NCBI RefSeq assembly: GCF_964213995.1
Contig: NW_027590501.1
Location: 124,001-188,000, forward strand
Source: Mustelus asterias
Taxonomy: Eukaryota
DNA length: 64,000 nucleotides
Direction: 5' to 3'
Part shown: positions 24,061 to 36,903 of the stretch, piece after piece
Layout: the number at the start of each line of letters is the position of its first letter
Position numbering within the stretch: the first letter of the stretch is position 1
Notes under the pieces: generated by a model
Told to the model about the DNA's origin: nothing
Seen by the model: only the letters and a program-made list of their open reading frames with translations
The model's database searches: none
Position numbers and translations under genes: made by a program

Positions 24061-24767
24061 AACATAAGAACTAGGAGCAGGAGTAGGCCATCTGGCCCCT
24101 CGAGCCTCATGGCTGATCTTTTTGTGGACTCAGCTCCACTTACACGCCTGCTCACCATCGCCCTTAATTCCTTTACTGTTCAATAATTTATCTATCCTTG
24201 CCTAAAAACATTCAGTAAGGTCGCCCCAACTGCTTCACTGGGCAGGGAATTTCAAAGATTCACAACCCTTTGTGTGAAGAAGTTCCTCCTCAACTCAGTC
24301 CTAAATCTGCTTCCCCTTATTTTGAGGCTATGCCCCCGAGTTCTAGTTTCACCCGCCAGTGGAAACAACTTCCCTGCTTCTATCTTATCTATTCCCTTCA
24401 TAATCTTATATGTTTCTATAAGATCTCCCCTCATTCTTCTGAAATCCAATGAGTATAGCCCCAGTCTATTCAGTTTCTGCTCATAAGCCAACCCTCTCAA
24501 CTCCGGAATCAACCTCGTGAATCTCCTCTGCACCCCCTCCAGTGCCAGTATATCCTTTCTCAAGTAAGGAGACCAAAACTGTACACAGTATTCCAGGTGT
24601 GGCCTCACCAGCACCTTATACAGCTGCAACATAATCTCGCTGTTTTTAAACTCCATCCCTCGAGCAATGAAGGACAAAATTCCATTTGCCTTCTTAATTA
24701 CCTGTTGCACCTGCAAACCAACTCTTTGAGATTCCTGCACAAGGACACCCCTGTCCCTCTGCACAGC

Positions 24768-25478
24768 GTAAGAAGTCTCACAACACCAGGTTAAAGTCCA
24801 ACAGGTTTATTTGGTAGCAAATACCATAAGCTTTCGGAGCACTGCGCCTTCGTCAGATGGAGTGGAAATGTGCTCTCAAACAGTGCAAACAGACAAAATC
24901 AAGTTGCAGAATACTGATTAGAATGCGAATCCTCCAGCCAGCCAGGTCTTAAAGGTACAGACAATGTGGGTGGAGGGAACAGTAAACACGGGTTAAAGAA
25001 ATGTGTATTGTCTCCAGACAGAACAGCTATTAAGATTCTACAAGCCCAGGAGGCAAGCTGTGGGTGTTACTGATAATGTGACATAAATCCAACATCCCGG
25101 TTTAGGCCGTCCTCATGTGTGCGGAACTTGGCTATCAGTTTCTGCTCAGCGACTCTGCGCTGTCGTGTGACGTGAAGGCCGCCTTGGAGAACGCTTACCT
25201 GAAGATCCAAGGCTGAATGCCCGTGACTGCTGAAGTGCTCCCCCACAGGAAGAGAACAGTCTTGCCTGGTGATTGTCGAGCGGTGTTCATTCATCCGTTG
25301 TTGTAGTGTCTGCATTGTTTCCCCAATGTACCATGCCTCGGGACATCCTTTCTTGCAGCGTATCAGGTAGACAACGTTGGCCGAGTTGCAAGAGTAGGTA
25401 TCGTGTACCTGGTAGATGGTGTTCTCACGTGAGATGATGGCATCCGTGTCAATGATCCGGCACGTCTTGCAGAGGTTT
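24768..25478 (-). mobile_element. Penelope-like element 3' part (GIY-YIG endonuclease end plus terminal repeat)
   Basis: RMNEHRSTI...PVGEHFS..H....L.VSVLQ...RR.AEQKLI.KF.T...GLN is a typical Penelope GIY-YIG C-terminus. Confidence 0.88.
24824..24860 (-). ncRNA. Putative minimal hammerhead ribozyme in Penelope repeat
   Basis: ccat-CTGACGA-a-ggcgc/agt/gctcc-GAAA-GCTT-atgg with stem I ccat/atgg. Confidence 0.65.
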
Positions 25479-25544
25479 GTTTGAGGTCATTAGGTTACAT
25501 TGAAGCTTCATATGTTTCATATGAAGCAATTTTTAAAAGCAGTA

Positions 25545-25581
25545 TCTCGGCCTTTTGGCTAAGATGCAAATGAGATCAAGT
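25545..25581 (+). ncRNA. U2 snRNA 5' fragment (not a full gene)
   Basis: tctcggccttttggctaagat is a 21 nt match to U2 stem-loop I, followed by gcaaatg and agatcaagt. Confidence 0.7.
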
Positions 25582-27049
25582 CATAGAGGAGGAAGTGCTT
25601 TCCCTCCTCCAATCAGCTTGGCCTCTGCACAGTAGCACGCTGCAATTTTTTCCCATTTAAATAGTCCATTTTGCTGTTATTCCTACCAAAATGGATGACC
25701 TCACATTTACCAACATTGTACTCCATCTGCCAGACCCTCGCCCACTCACTTAGATTATCTATATCCCTTTGCAGACTTTCAGCATCCTCTGCACACTTTG
25801 CTCTTAGTGTCATCTGCGAATTTTGACACACTACACTTGGTCCCCAACTCCAAATCATCTATGTAAATCGTAAACAATTGCGGTCCCAACACTGATCCCT
25901 GAGGCACACCACTAGTCACTGATCTCCAACCAGAAAAACACCCATTTACCCCCACTCTTTGCTTTCTGTTAGTTAACCAATCCTCTATCCATGCTAATAC
26001 ATTACCCGTAACACTGTGCACCTTTATCTTATGTAGCAGTCTTTGGTGCGGCACCTTGTCAAATGCCTTCTGGAAATCCAGATACACCACATCCACAGGT
26101 TCCCCATTGTCCACTGCACATGTAATGTTCTCAAATAATTCCACCAAATTAGTCAAACATGACCTGCCCTTCATGAACCTATGCTGTGTCTTACCAATGG
26201 GACAATTTATATCCAGATGTCTCGCTATTTCTTCCCTGATGATAGATCCAAGCATTTTCCCTCCTACAGAAGTTAAGCTAACCAGCCTATAGTTACCTGC
26301 CTTTTGACTACCTCCTTTTTTAAATGTTTGCGATTTTGTGAAACCTGTTTTTGTTGTCTGAGCTGACTGGAATTAGAGCCAGAGCAGGAGTAATCCAGGG
26401 GAATGATTTGGAGATAAAGGAAAATCCAGCAGATGCTGGAATTCTGAATAAAACAGACTTGCTGAGTTTATCCAGCATTTTCTCTATTTATTATAATGAT
26501 TTTGGGACCTGGGTTTGAATCCCACCACGTTTCAACAAAAATATTGATGAGCATGAATTAATTGTTGTAAAAACACATCTGGTTCTCTAATTCCCTTCAA
26601 GGAAGGAAATCTGCCGCCCTGATCCAGTCTAACCGACATGTGACTGGATTCACAAACAATTCAAGGGCTGACTGGGTAAACAGGGAATGTCACCATCAGA
26701 AAAACAGAGCCCCCTGGAGGGCAGAAGGGTTAGGACAGGTTACGGAGAGGTTAAAACTGTCATCATTGAGAACAACACAGACTTTAACGGAACAACTGGT
26801 CCCAAAAACAATCTCTTGTAGTTAGTGTGGCAGGGTGTGGTGAATCAGGTTTAAAAAGAGTCAAATTATATATGTTTTCTAGTTTGGACAACCACATTTA
26901 AATCTGGGACTCGGATGAGGATATGAATTGGTGTTTGGTGGTAAGATCTAAATCTGTGTATTACGCCGTGAAGCCTTAAACCCAGAGTGAGAATATTTCA
27001 AACCAGGGTTCAAAATAAATGGCTGTGGATGGTGAATTCACTCTCAAAA

Positions 27050-27637
27050 GAAAACAAAGAAAATTACAGCACAGGAACATTCCTTCGACCCTCCAAGCCT
27101 GCACCAACCACGCTGCCCGACTGAACTGAAACCCCCTACCCTTCTGGGGACCATATCCCTCCATTCCCATCCTATTCATGTATTTGTCAAGACGCTCCTT
27201 AAAAGTCACAATTGTATCTGCTTCCACTACCTCCCCCGGCAGCGAGTTCCAGGCACCCACCACCCTCTGGGTAAAAAATCTGCCTCGTACATCTCCTTTA
27301 AACCTTGCCCCTCGCACCTTAAACCTATGCCCCCGAGTAACTGACTCTTCTACCCTGGGAAAAAGCTTCTGACTATCCACTCTGCCCAAGCCCCTCACAA
27401 TCTTGTAGACTTTGTCAGATCGCCCTCAACCTGCGTCGTTCCAGTGAGAACAAACCAGGTTTCTCCAACCTCTCCTCATAGCTAATGCCCTCCATGCCAG
27501 GCAACATCCTGGTAGATCTTTTCTGTACCCTCTCCAAAGCCTCCACATCTTTCTGGTAGTGTGGCGACCAGAATTGAACACTATATTCCAAGTGCGGCCT
27601 AACTGAGGTTCTATAAAGCTGCAACATGACTTGCCAA
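27050..27637 (-). mobile_element. CR1 3' fragment
   Basis: WQVMLQLYRT..RPHLEYSVQFWSPHYQKD; same subfamily as 50055-51300. Confidence 0.9.
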
Positions 27638-28902
27638 AAGGCCCGCAGAAATTCTGTCTTGGGAGGAACTACTGGAAAAAATAAATCATCCTGTACATGG
27701 GAGAGACAGAAACTGTGAGGACCATCTCCTCCAATCACAGATTCTGTCTCTCCTGATGTTGCTACATCTGCAGAGACAGTCTCAAACTGGAGGAACAGCT
27801 TTGCCACCTATTTTGAGAAAAGAAGTTCACTGACTCAGCAGCCTATCGGTGATGTGTGGAGGAGTTGTGTCTTCCTGCTACAGAACTAGTTTCATAGCAG
27901 TGTGAGCCTCAAAAGGAATGATCCGACCATCGGCAGAGCTTTCCCCATTCTGCTGAACAAGTCTCGATTATTTTTATATATCTCAGGAGGTGGGGTTTAC
28001 AGCTCAGGAATTTGAGTAAACAGATATTGTGAACGTACTTACAATCACTTGGGTCGTCACATTAGAAATTGAGATCCATTCATCCAGGTTCATATTCTTA
28101 ACTGCTTTTATTTGCAGTTTAACGTTCACAGACAACATCCAGAATCCCCGGTCAGAGCTGATCTCAGCTGGTGTAGTGAGGTTATTGATGGGTTATCAAT
28201 GTAAATCCACACACAATGAAGATCAGAATCGGGAGAGATTTTTCCTGCTCCACCGTCTGAACCAGTAAACATCTGATTCAGTTACCTTGTGTCAAATAGT
28301 TAGAATTCTCATTTTGGAAAGAGAGTATGGGAGTATTTTTAAAACAAGTTAACAAAAAATATCATTCATAGATTCCAATTTAAAAGATTTAATATATACA
28401 CAGTCTTCAGTATTTGTGCTATCTTATTCAAAGAAGTAAACTAACAGAAACACAAAAGGTAATGTTACTACGTGACTACATCACTAATAAAGGAGTTACT
28501 GAGAATGGAAAACGATGCCCTGGAAACCAAAAAATAGCCCTTAAAAATCAAAGAGTAGCTTTCCAGAAAATCTCAATACAAGCATTGAAAATAAATACTT
28601 TGTGCCCTGCAGATGGATCTTTCAGAGAATGAATTGTAGATTTTGCCCCAAAGATCAAATTAGAATTGAAGCAAAAGTTTTTAATTTTATTCTCAACAGG
28701 TTCCTGTGAGAGTTCTTCAGTTAAGAGGGAAGATCACAGGTGTTGCTTTTAAAAAGTGACATTGCAGCCCCGAAAATCAGTGACATTTCCAGAATATTAA
28801 ATTCCAACTAGTTATAGGGTTTGTTCACATCAGCAGAAATAAAATATTGTCAGACTGTCAATACTGAACAGCAGCAAAAACAGCAAAATCCAACCCCTGC
28901 AG

Positions 28903-29823
28903 TCACTTGTGAACTTGTTGATGTCTCAGGAGCCATTGTGACTGAGTGAATCCCTTCCCACACACAGAGCAGTTGAATGGCCTCTTAGTGTGAGTGCGTT
29001 GGTGAGCCAGCAGGTTGAAAGACTTTGCGAATCCCTTCCCACACACGGAGCAAGTGAATGGCCTCTCCCCTGTGTGAACTCGCTGGTGAGCAGAGAGGTT
29101 GGATGGCCGATTGAATCCCTTCCCGCACACGGAGCATGTGAATGGTCTTTCTGCAGTGTGAGTGCGTCGGTGAGCAGTGAGGTTGGATGACTGCCTGAAA
29201 TTCTTTCCACAGTCAGTGCAGCTGAATGGCTTCTCTTCAGTGTGAATTTTCTGGTGTCTCAGCAGGGTGGGTAAAACTGTGAATCCCTTTCCACACAAAA
29301 AGCAAGTAAACGGTCTCTCCCCAGTGTGAATTCGCTGGTGTGCAATGAGGGAGGATGCCTGTCTGAAACTCCGTCCACAGTCAGTGCAGCTGAATGGCTT
29401 CTCAATGTGAACTCGCTGGTGTGACAGTAAGTGGGATGACCCAGTGAATCCCTTCCCACAGTCAGAGCAGGTGAACGGCCTCTCCCCAGTATGAACTCGC
29501 TGGTGTGACAGCAGGTGGAATGACTGAGTGAATCCCTTCCCACACACGGAGCAGATGAATGGTCTCTCCCCGGTGTGAGTGCGTTGGTGCACAGTGAGTG
29601 CTGAAGAATGCCTGAACCTCTTCCCACAGGAGGTGCAGGTGAATGGCTTTTCCTCAGTGTGAATTCTCTGGTGAGACCAAAGGCCAGATGACTGAATGAA
29701 TCCCTCCCCACAGACAGAACAGGTGAACGGTCTCTCACCAGTGTGACTGCGCCGATGGTTTTCCAGCAGGGAAGGGTAACTGAATCCTTTCCCACAGTCC
29801 CCACATTTCCACGGTTTCTCCAT
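28903..29823 (-). CDS. C2H2 zinc finger protein, 11 fingers
   Basis: Intact 306 aa ORF from MEKPWKC. Confidence 0.92.
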   Translation of the reverse strand: MEKPWKCGDCGKGFSYPSLLENHRRSHTGERPFTCSVCGEGFIQSSGLWSHQRIHTEEKPFTCTSCGKRFRHSSALTVHQRTHTGERPFICSVCGKGFTQSFHLLSHQRVHTGERPFTCSDCGKGFTGSSHLLSHQRVHIEKPFSCTDCGRSFRQASSLIAHQRIHTGERPFTCFLCGKGFTVLPTLLRHQKIHTEEKPFSCTDCGKNFRQSSNLTAHRRTHTAERPFTCSVCGKGFNRPSNLSAHQRVHTGERPFTCSVCGKGFAKSFNLLAHQRTHTKRPFNCSVCGKGFTQSQWLLRHQQVHK

Positions 29824-30419
29824 GGTGCTGGTGTCCTTATGTTTCTCCAGGTTAAACGATCAGTTGAAGCCTCATCCACACACAGAACACGTGTACAGTT
29901 TTTCCTTGCTGTGAATGGTGTGATGTTTTTTAAGGCTGTGTAACTGGATAAAGCTCTTTCCACAGTCAACTCACTGAAACACTCTCACTCGGGTGTGCGC
30001 GTATCTTGGTGCTTTTTCAGTCACACTGATGTTTGAAATCTTCTCCTCCAGACAGAAGACAAACATTTCTCCTTCCACGTTCAAAGTCTGAGGATATTTA
30101 AGTCCAAGTGAATCGAGACTCTGTCTGATTTTGATGTGATGTTTCTTCACCTCACCTGTAAAAGGAGTTTACAAAATTAATCACTGTCAGTCCAGGATAG
30201 AAATTTTGAACAGACAATTCTAATTCTCTGGAACATTTCTTCCTCTCTTGTTCCCCAAATCAATAAATTCCTGTCCCACAAATTCTCCCTCGGCTTAAAT
30301 CCAAACCCATCTCACCATTTCTTTTCTCCACTCCCAGTTTTCTCCCTCCCTCTCCTCTGTCTGGGTTCAGTTCTCCAGCTCCTGTCTGCAGACTGACAAT
30401 AAAACCAATGGGTCTTATT

Positions 30420-31430
30420 GGGGGTGTTGGGGCCTCCAGCGGGTGTTTGTGAATCCTCCCCGCCCACCTCCCAGGGTTTCCTTCCTTCCCAGAGATCAGA
30501 GTCCTCATTGATTTGAGGCCAAAGTGTAACCTCTTATTTATTGTCCCCCTCCCCCATCCTCTGATGTGAACCATCCTCCAGTGGCTGAGCCAGGATGGGG
30601 CCGTTAACCTGGGCCTGTTCCCGGGAGGGAGGGAGGGAGAAGCCCCGCAGCTGCAAACCAGGGAGCTGACAATGATTCTGAAGGGTTTGCGGATCCACAA
30701 AGTGTTTCCAAATCCTCCCAGCCACCGCCTAACGCTGACTCCGCTTCTCCGGGACAAACAAGCGCCAAGGACAGCAATGACACTGCGCATGCTCCACATC
30801 ACAATGCCCGGGCACTGATTGACGGCAGCTCCGGACCAATAGGAAGAGGGGGCGGTGCTGGAGGACCGAGCGGGAGCGGCTGGTCCTCCAGCCAATCGGA
30901 GTGAATGAGGGGCGGGGCTGGAGTAAATATTTCAGCACCGGGTGAAGCGCTGGAGCCGGCGGTTGGAGTTTGGGGAGGATTCGCAAACCCTTCAGAATCA
31001 TTGTCAGCTCCCTGGTTTGCAGCTGCGGGGCTTCTCCCTCCCTCCCGGGAACAGGCCCAGGTTAACGGCCCCATCCTGGTTTGGGAGCTGGAGCATGCGC
31101 AGTGCCTGCGGCAGACGGTAAGGAGCTCGAGCGAGCGGGTTTTAAATGGAGATTTTTACAAAGACCGAGTGCAGATCCAGAGCCTGAAATAAAACCGGAA
31201 ACATAAATGGAGTTTGCGGGTGGATGGTGAGGCTTTATAAACACCCGGTGTCGGCCACAGTCCCTCAATTTGCGAAGCAAATTCCTCAGACCTTCTGATG
31301 GTTTCAGGCCGGAGTTCAAATCCGCCATCTTTATAAAGGTCCGTGTACTGCAAAGCGCATGCGCATCCGCCATCTTTATTGAGGTAAATTGGAACAACGC
31401 ATGCGCAGCCACCGTATTTGTTGAGGGTGA
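30420..31430. promoter_or_regulatory. Bidirectional CpG-island promoter between ZNF 28903(-) and 32819(+)
   Basis: CCAAT, GC boxes, gcatgcgca x3, cgccatctt x2; about 100 bp inverted repeat 30590-30691 / 30982-31079. Confidence 0.75.
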
Positions 31431-31566
31431 AACCAAATGAATAACCCACAGGGAACAAAAAAAATCAGAGTTTGATTTCATAACAAAATCGATGTGTTGT
31501 TGTAAAACCGGAAGTTAGGGTTACAGCCAACAACAACTTCTATTTATATAACACCATTAATATCAG

Positions 31567-32370
31567 GGTGGTTAGCACTGCTGCCTCACAGCTCCAGGGA
31601 CCCAGGTTCGATCCCAGCTTTGGGTCACTGTCTGTGCGGAGTTTGCATGTTATCCCTGTGACTGTGGGTTTCCTCTGGGTGCTCCGGTTTCCTCCCACCG
31701 CCCAAAGATGTGACGTTTAGGGGAATTGGCCATGCTATATTGCCCCTTCGTGTCCAAAGATGTGCGGGTAAGGGGGATTAGTGGGGTACAGATCAGGGGT
31801 AAAATATTCAGAGTCAGTGTAGACTTGATGGGCTAAATGGTTTCCTTCTGCACTGTAGGAATTCTTTGAGAAGTCATCCTTGTGCACTGAAGGTCTAGTC
31901 ACTAATGGTGGAGTGATTAAAATAGGGAATGTGCAGGAAACCAGAATCAGCACAGTGTTAGAGGTGATTCCAGAGATAGGAACAGGCCTTGGAGTGATTT
32001 GTACAAATTAGTTGTAAGGATGCATGAAAAATACGCATTTCATTTGGATCTCATAGAATTCTACAGTGCAGAGGGAGGCCATTTGGCCCATTGAGTCTGC
32101 ACTGACCACAATCCCACCCAGGCCCTATCCCCATTACCACATGCATTTATCCTAGCTAGCCCCCCTGATACTCAGGGGTAATTTAGCATAGCCAATCTAT
32201 CTAACCCGCACATGTTTGGACTGTGGGAGGAAACCAGAGCACCTGCAGGAAACCCATGCAGACACGGGAGAACATGCAAACTCCACACAGACAGTGACCC
32301 AAGCTGGGAATCAAATCGGGTCACTGGGGCTGTGAGGCACAGGGCTAACCACTGCGCCACCATGCCGCCC
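31567..32370. mobile_element. Two HE1-type SINEs (31567-31865 plus; 32052-32370 minus)
   Basis: tRNA head, V-domain, CR1 tail. Confidence 0.85.
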
Positions 32371-32818
32371 TCTGCTCAGGGAAGAGGGAGAGTGTATGGG
32401 ACAGATTTACTGTTTTGGGGAACAAGAGCAGAAAAGTTGTTCCTTAGAAATTAGACTTGTCTGATCAGAATTTCTATCCTGGACTGACAGTAGTTTTGTA
32501 AACTTCTTCTTTTGCAGGATATTTGATGGGGAAGATTTACAGTCAGAAAAATTGAATCAAGATTTAACAGTCGCTCAATTCACCAGCACCTGAACACGAT
32601 CAGCCTTTGAATGTGGAGTGCGGGAAAAGATTTCAAACATCAGTGTGACTGGAAAAGCACCGAGACAGACACACACCCGAGTGAGAGTTTTCCAGTGAAC
32701 TGACTGTGGAAAGAGCTTTAACCAGTTACACAGCCTGAGAAAACATCACACCATTCATAGCAATGTGAATCTGTGCATGTGTTCTGTGTGTGGACGAGGC
32801 TTCAACTAATCACTCAAT

Positions 32819-33352
32819 ATGGAGAGACATGATGATACTGACATCATAGAGAAACCGTGGATATGTGGGGACTGTGGGAAAGCATTCACTTGCCCATCCA
32901 AACTGGAAACTCATCGACGCACCCACACAGGGGAGAGACCCTTCACGTGTCCCGTGTGTTGGAAGGAATTTACTCAATCATCCTGCCTAACATTACACCA
33001 GCGAGTTCACACTGGAGAGAGACCATACACTTGCTCTGTGTGTGGGAAGGGATTCGTCCAGATGTATAACCTACAATTACACAGGAGAGTTCACACTGGA
33101 GAGAGGCCGTTCACCTGCTCCGTGTGTGGGAAGCGATTCATTAATTCATCCAACCTTGTGACACACCAGCGAGTTCACACTGAGGAGAGGCCATTCAGCT
33201 GCACTGACTGTGGAAAGAGCTTCAGACATTCATCCAGCCTCAAAGCACATCAGCGACTTCACACTGGGGAGAGACCATTCACCTGCTCAGAGTGTGGGAA
33301 GGGATTCACTACCTCCTCCCACCTGGTGACACACCAGCGACTTCACGAGTGA
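32819..33352 (+). CDS. C2H2 zinc finger protein, 6 fingers
   Basis: 177 aa ORF; acceptor tttgcag|g at 32517. Confidence 0.88.
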   Translation: MERHDDTDIIEKPWICGDCGKAFTCPSKLETHRRTHTGERPFTCPVCWKEFTQSSCLTLHQRVHTGERPYTCSVCGKGFVQMYNLQLHRRVHTGERPFTCSVCGKRFINSSNLVTHQRVHTEERPFSCTDCGKSFRHSSSLKAHQRLHTGERPFTCSECGKGFTTSSHLVTHQRLHE

Positions 33353-34779
33353 ATGCAGGGAGTGGATTCTGCTGTACCTGCTGCTGTTAATCACATCCAG
33401 GAGTGAGCCACATTCATTCTGACATTTGAGGTTTGTTTCTGCTGATAATAATCCCTGTAGCTGGGCTGGAGTTTAATATTCTCGATCGAGAGCTGATTGT
33501 GTTTTTGGGGTTGCCATTTCCCTTTAAGAACCACTGTCTGTGATCTTTCCCCATCATTCAGGAACTCTCGTCACCGATTCTTCACAGTACAGAAAGAAGC
33601 CATTCAGCCCACCAAGTCTGCACTGGCTCACTGAAAGAGCCTTATCCCATTCCCCTGCCATACTTCTGTAACCTTGCACACTCTTTCTTTTCAGATAACA
33701 ATCCAATTCTCTTTTGAGTACCTTGATCAAACCTGCCTCCACTGCTCTCACAGGACGTTTATTCCAGACTCCAACCACTCACGAGGTGAAAATAATTTTC
33801 CTTGCATCACTTTGACTCTGTTTTCCCCATTAACGTAGGTCTGTGCCCTCTAGTTCTTGATGTTCTCTTGGTGGGAACATTTTCTCACTATTTCACCTGC
33901 CCAATTCCTCAGGATCTTGAATACCTGTATCAATCTCCTCTCGACCATCTTCAATCAGACAATTAACATTTATTTCTTCTGATGTTAATCTCTAACTGAC
34001 CTGGAATTTAATATTCTGAAATCTGTTAAATAAATCAGCTTTGTTCCAAACACACGGTGTGTTAAATCCTTGATTTCTCCAGGATAAGAGATTAATTGAT
34101 ATCTTGTTACTGACTTCTGTTTTTTGGTTCTTTTCTCCTTTTAACTCCAGATTATTTCAGTCTCAGACCTTCAGTTACACTCATTTTTTTAAAATTTGAC
34201 TTATTATTGTATTAGCATAAAATGAAAAGTATTAGCATAAAATGAAAAGTATTGTTTCTTATCATGGACAAGTCCCAGCTCCCTATACTTTCTAGAATGT
34301 CTCTCCCAGCCTTGAGATCTAGGGAAGTTTTCAGTATTTAAAAACAGAAAATACTGGAAATTATAATCCATACTTTTCCAAGTGTCAGTTGATTGTGTCC
34401 CAGATTATTGGCTTTTCCCCACTGCTGATGTTAAGCTGATTGTTCTGTAATTGCTGTGTTTTTGAACAGGGATGTAACATTTACATTCTCTGTCCTTTGT
34501 CACTACGACTCTATAAGGATTGGAAGGTTGTGGCCAGAGCCTCCACAAGCTCCATGTGAAGGACAGTGTGTGTCAGAGTGCAGCAGTCCCTCAATGTCAG
34601 ACTGCAGTGTCAGCCTAGATAATGTGCTCAGCTTGATGAGTATTTCCTGTTGTTATTGATGTGGATCATTCAGAAACAATGGACTCTGATGATGTCATCC
34701 AGTCCTGCTGCGATGATGTCATAGAGACTATTACATCACAGCAGAGCCTTAGTAGTGAAAACAGTTTTGTTCCAGATGA

Positions 34780-35710
34780 GAGGTGATGGCCCAATGGTAT
34801 TATCCCGAGACTTAATCCATAAACTTAGCTAATGTTCTGGGGACCGGGTTCAAATCCCACCACAGCAAGTGGTGTAATTTGAACAAAGAACAAGAAAAAA
34901 GAAAATTATAGCACAGGAACAGGCTCTTTGGCCCTCCAAGCCTGCACTGATTATGCTGCCCGTCTGAACTAAAAAGGCCTCTGGGGACCATATCCCTCTA
35001 TTCCCATTTTATTCATGCATTTGTCCAGTGTCCCTTAAAAGTCACTATCATATCTGCTTCCACTACCTCCCCCAGCAGCGAGTTCCAGGCACCTGCCACT
35101 CTTTGTAAAAAAAAACTTGCCTCGTACATTTAATTCAATAAAAATAATTGAATTCAATAAAAAAAAATCAGAATTAAGAATCTACTGCTGACCATGAAAC
35201 CATTGTTAATTGTCAGAAAAAAACCATTTGGTTCAGTAAAGCAAAAAGTAAAGTTTATTTATTAGTCACAAGTAGGCTTACATTAACAGTGCAGTGAAGT
35301 TACTGTGAAATTCCCCTGGTTGCCACACTCCAGCATTTGTTCGAGTCAATGCACCGAACCAGCATGTCTTTCAGACTGTGGGAGGAAACCGGAGCACCCG
35401 GAGGAAACCCACGCAGAGAACATGCAAACTCCACACAGACAGTGACCCAAGCCGGGAATCGAACCCGGGTCCCTGGCGCTGTGAGGCAACAGTGTTAACC
35501 ACTGTGCCACCCCATGAATGTCCGTTTGGGGAAGGAAATCTGCTGTCCTTACCTGGTCTGGCCTACATGTGACTCCAGAGCCATAGCAATGTGACTGACT
35601 GTCAACTGCCCTCTGAAATGGCCCAGTGAGCCACTCAGTTCGATGGTAACTAGGGATGGGCAATAAATGCCGGCCATGCAGTGACGCCCATGTCCCACAA
35701 ATGCATAAAA
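34780..35710 (+). mobile_element. SacSINE1/DeuSINE-like element with nested CR1 tail and V-SINE (35250-35512, minus)
   Basis: ggaaggaaatctgc...ggcctacatgtgactccag core and gggcaataaatgc tail; related to 63340-63695 and 26490-26700. Confidence 0.65.
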
Positions 35711-35846
35711 AATCCTCTCAGTTTAAATTCACACAGCCATTCTGTCTCCTTTTGTAATTACCACTCACTTCACCCGTTTAAAAAAATGGACGTCAATGAA
35801 CAGAATTCATTCCTGGATGTGATTTACAGTAAAATCCAGTCACTGA

Positions 35847-36884
35847 TTATTTGTGAACTCGCTGGTGACTCATCAGGGTGGATGAGCGAGTGAATCTCTT
35901 CCCACACACGAAGCAGGTGAATGGTCTCTCCCCAGTGTGAATTCGCTGGTGTCTCTGCAGGGTGGCTGATTGAGTGAATCTTTTCTCACACTGCAAACAG
36001 ATGAATGGCTTCTCCCCAGTGTGAACCCGCTGGTGTGCAGTCAGTTGACATAATTGTCTAAACCCAGTCCCGCGGTGAGAGCACCTGAACGGTCTCTCGT
36101 CAGTGTGAACAAGCTGAAGGCGCATCAGGTCCACAGAACCTTTATAGCATTTCTCACAGTCAGCACATTTAAAAGGTCTCTCGTCAGTGTGAACTCGCTG
36201 GTGTTTCAGCAGAGTGGACGAATCGCTGAATCCCTTCCCACATTTGGAGCAGGTGAATGTTCTCTCCCCTGTGTGAACTCGATGGTGTTGTAGAAGCCCT
36301 GATGATCGAGTGAATCTCTTCCCACATTTGAAACAGATGAATGGCTTCTCCCCAGTGTGAATTCGCTGATGTGCAGTGAGTTCAGATGATTGTCTGAACC
36401 CAGTCTCGCAGTGAGAGCATCTGAAGGGTCTCTCGTCAGTGTGAACAAGCTGATGTCGCATTAGGTTCTGAGAACTTTTATAGCACTTCCCACAGTCCAG
36501 GCATTTAAATGGTCTCTCATCAGTGTGAACTTGCTGATGTTTCAGCAGAGTGGATGAATCAGTAAATCCCTTCCCACACTTGGAGCAGGTGAATGGCCTC
36601 TCCCCAGTGTGAACTCGGTGGTGTTGTTGCAGCCCAGATGATCGAGTGAATCCCTTCCCACACTCAGGACAGGTGAATGGCTTCTGCGCATTATGAACAC
36701 GCTGGTGCCTCAACAGGTTGGATGACCAAGTGAATCCCTTCGCACACTCAGGGCAGGTGAATGGCCTCTCCCCAGTGTGACAGGGCTGATGAGTTTCCAG
36801 CTCAGACAGGGATCTGAATCCCTGCTCACAGTCCCCAGATTTCCACGGTTTATCTACACTGTGAACATTGCTGTTTTCTTGCAT
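35847..36884 (-). CDS. C2H2 ZNF, 12 finger units (3 degenerate); exon interrupted upstream by ERV
   Basis: First host ATG (MQENSN) at 36884; the 5' part of the exon lies at 43453-43519 beyond the provirus. Confidence 0.85.
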   Translation of the reverse strand: MQENSNVHSVDKPWKSGDCEQGFRSLSELETHQPCHTGERPFTCPECAKGFTWSSNLLRHQRVHNAQKPFTCPECGKGFTRSSGLQQHHRVHTGERPFTCSKCGKGFTDSSTLLKHQQVHTDERPFKCLDCGKCYKSSQNLMRHQLVHTDERPFRCSHCETGFRQSSELTAHQRIHTGEKPFICFKCGKRFTRSSGLLQHHRVHTGERTFTCSKCGKGFSDSSTLLKHQRVHTDERPFKCADCEKCYKGSVDLMRLQLVHTDERPFRCSHRGTGFRQLCQLTAHQRVHTGEKPFICLQCEKRFTQSATLQRHQRIHTGERPFTCFVCGKRFTRSSTLMSHQRVHK

Positions 36885-36903
36885 GTTAAAAACCCGATGA
36901 TAT

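Larger units (their letters stand above)
24061..26325 (-). mobile_element. CR1 LINE interrupted by a Penelope composite insertion
   Basis: RT ORF pieces 25779-26255 and 24252-24764; interruption flanked by cctctgcacag direct repeat (24756-24766, 25622-25632). Confidence 0.9.

Noticed and set aside
27640-27965. Coding-looking fragment (CCYICRDSLKLEEQLC), also 22620-23000
   Set aside because: Multiple stops and no family assignable by eye; a blastx search would be needed
30260-30895. 211 aa ORF, and similar ORFs at 58550-59124 and 18566-18984
   Set aside because: GC-rich promoter DNA is depleted of stops; no domain signal
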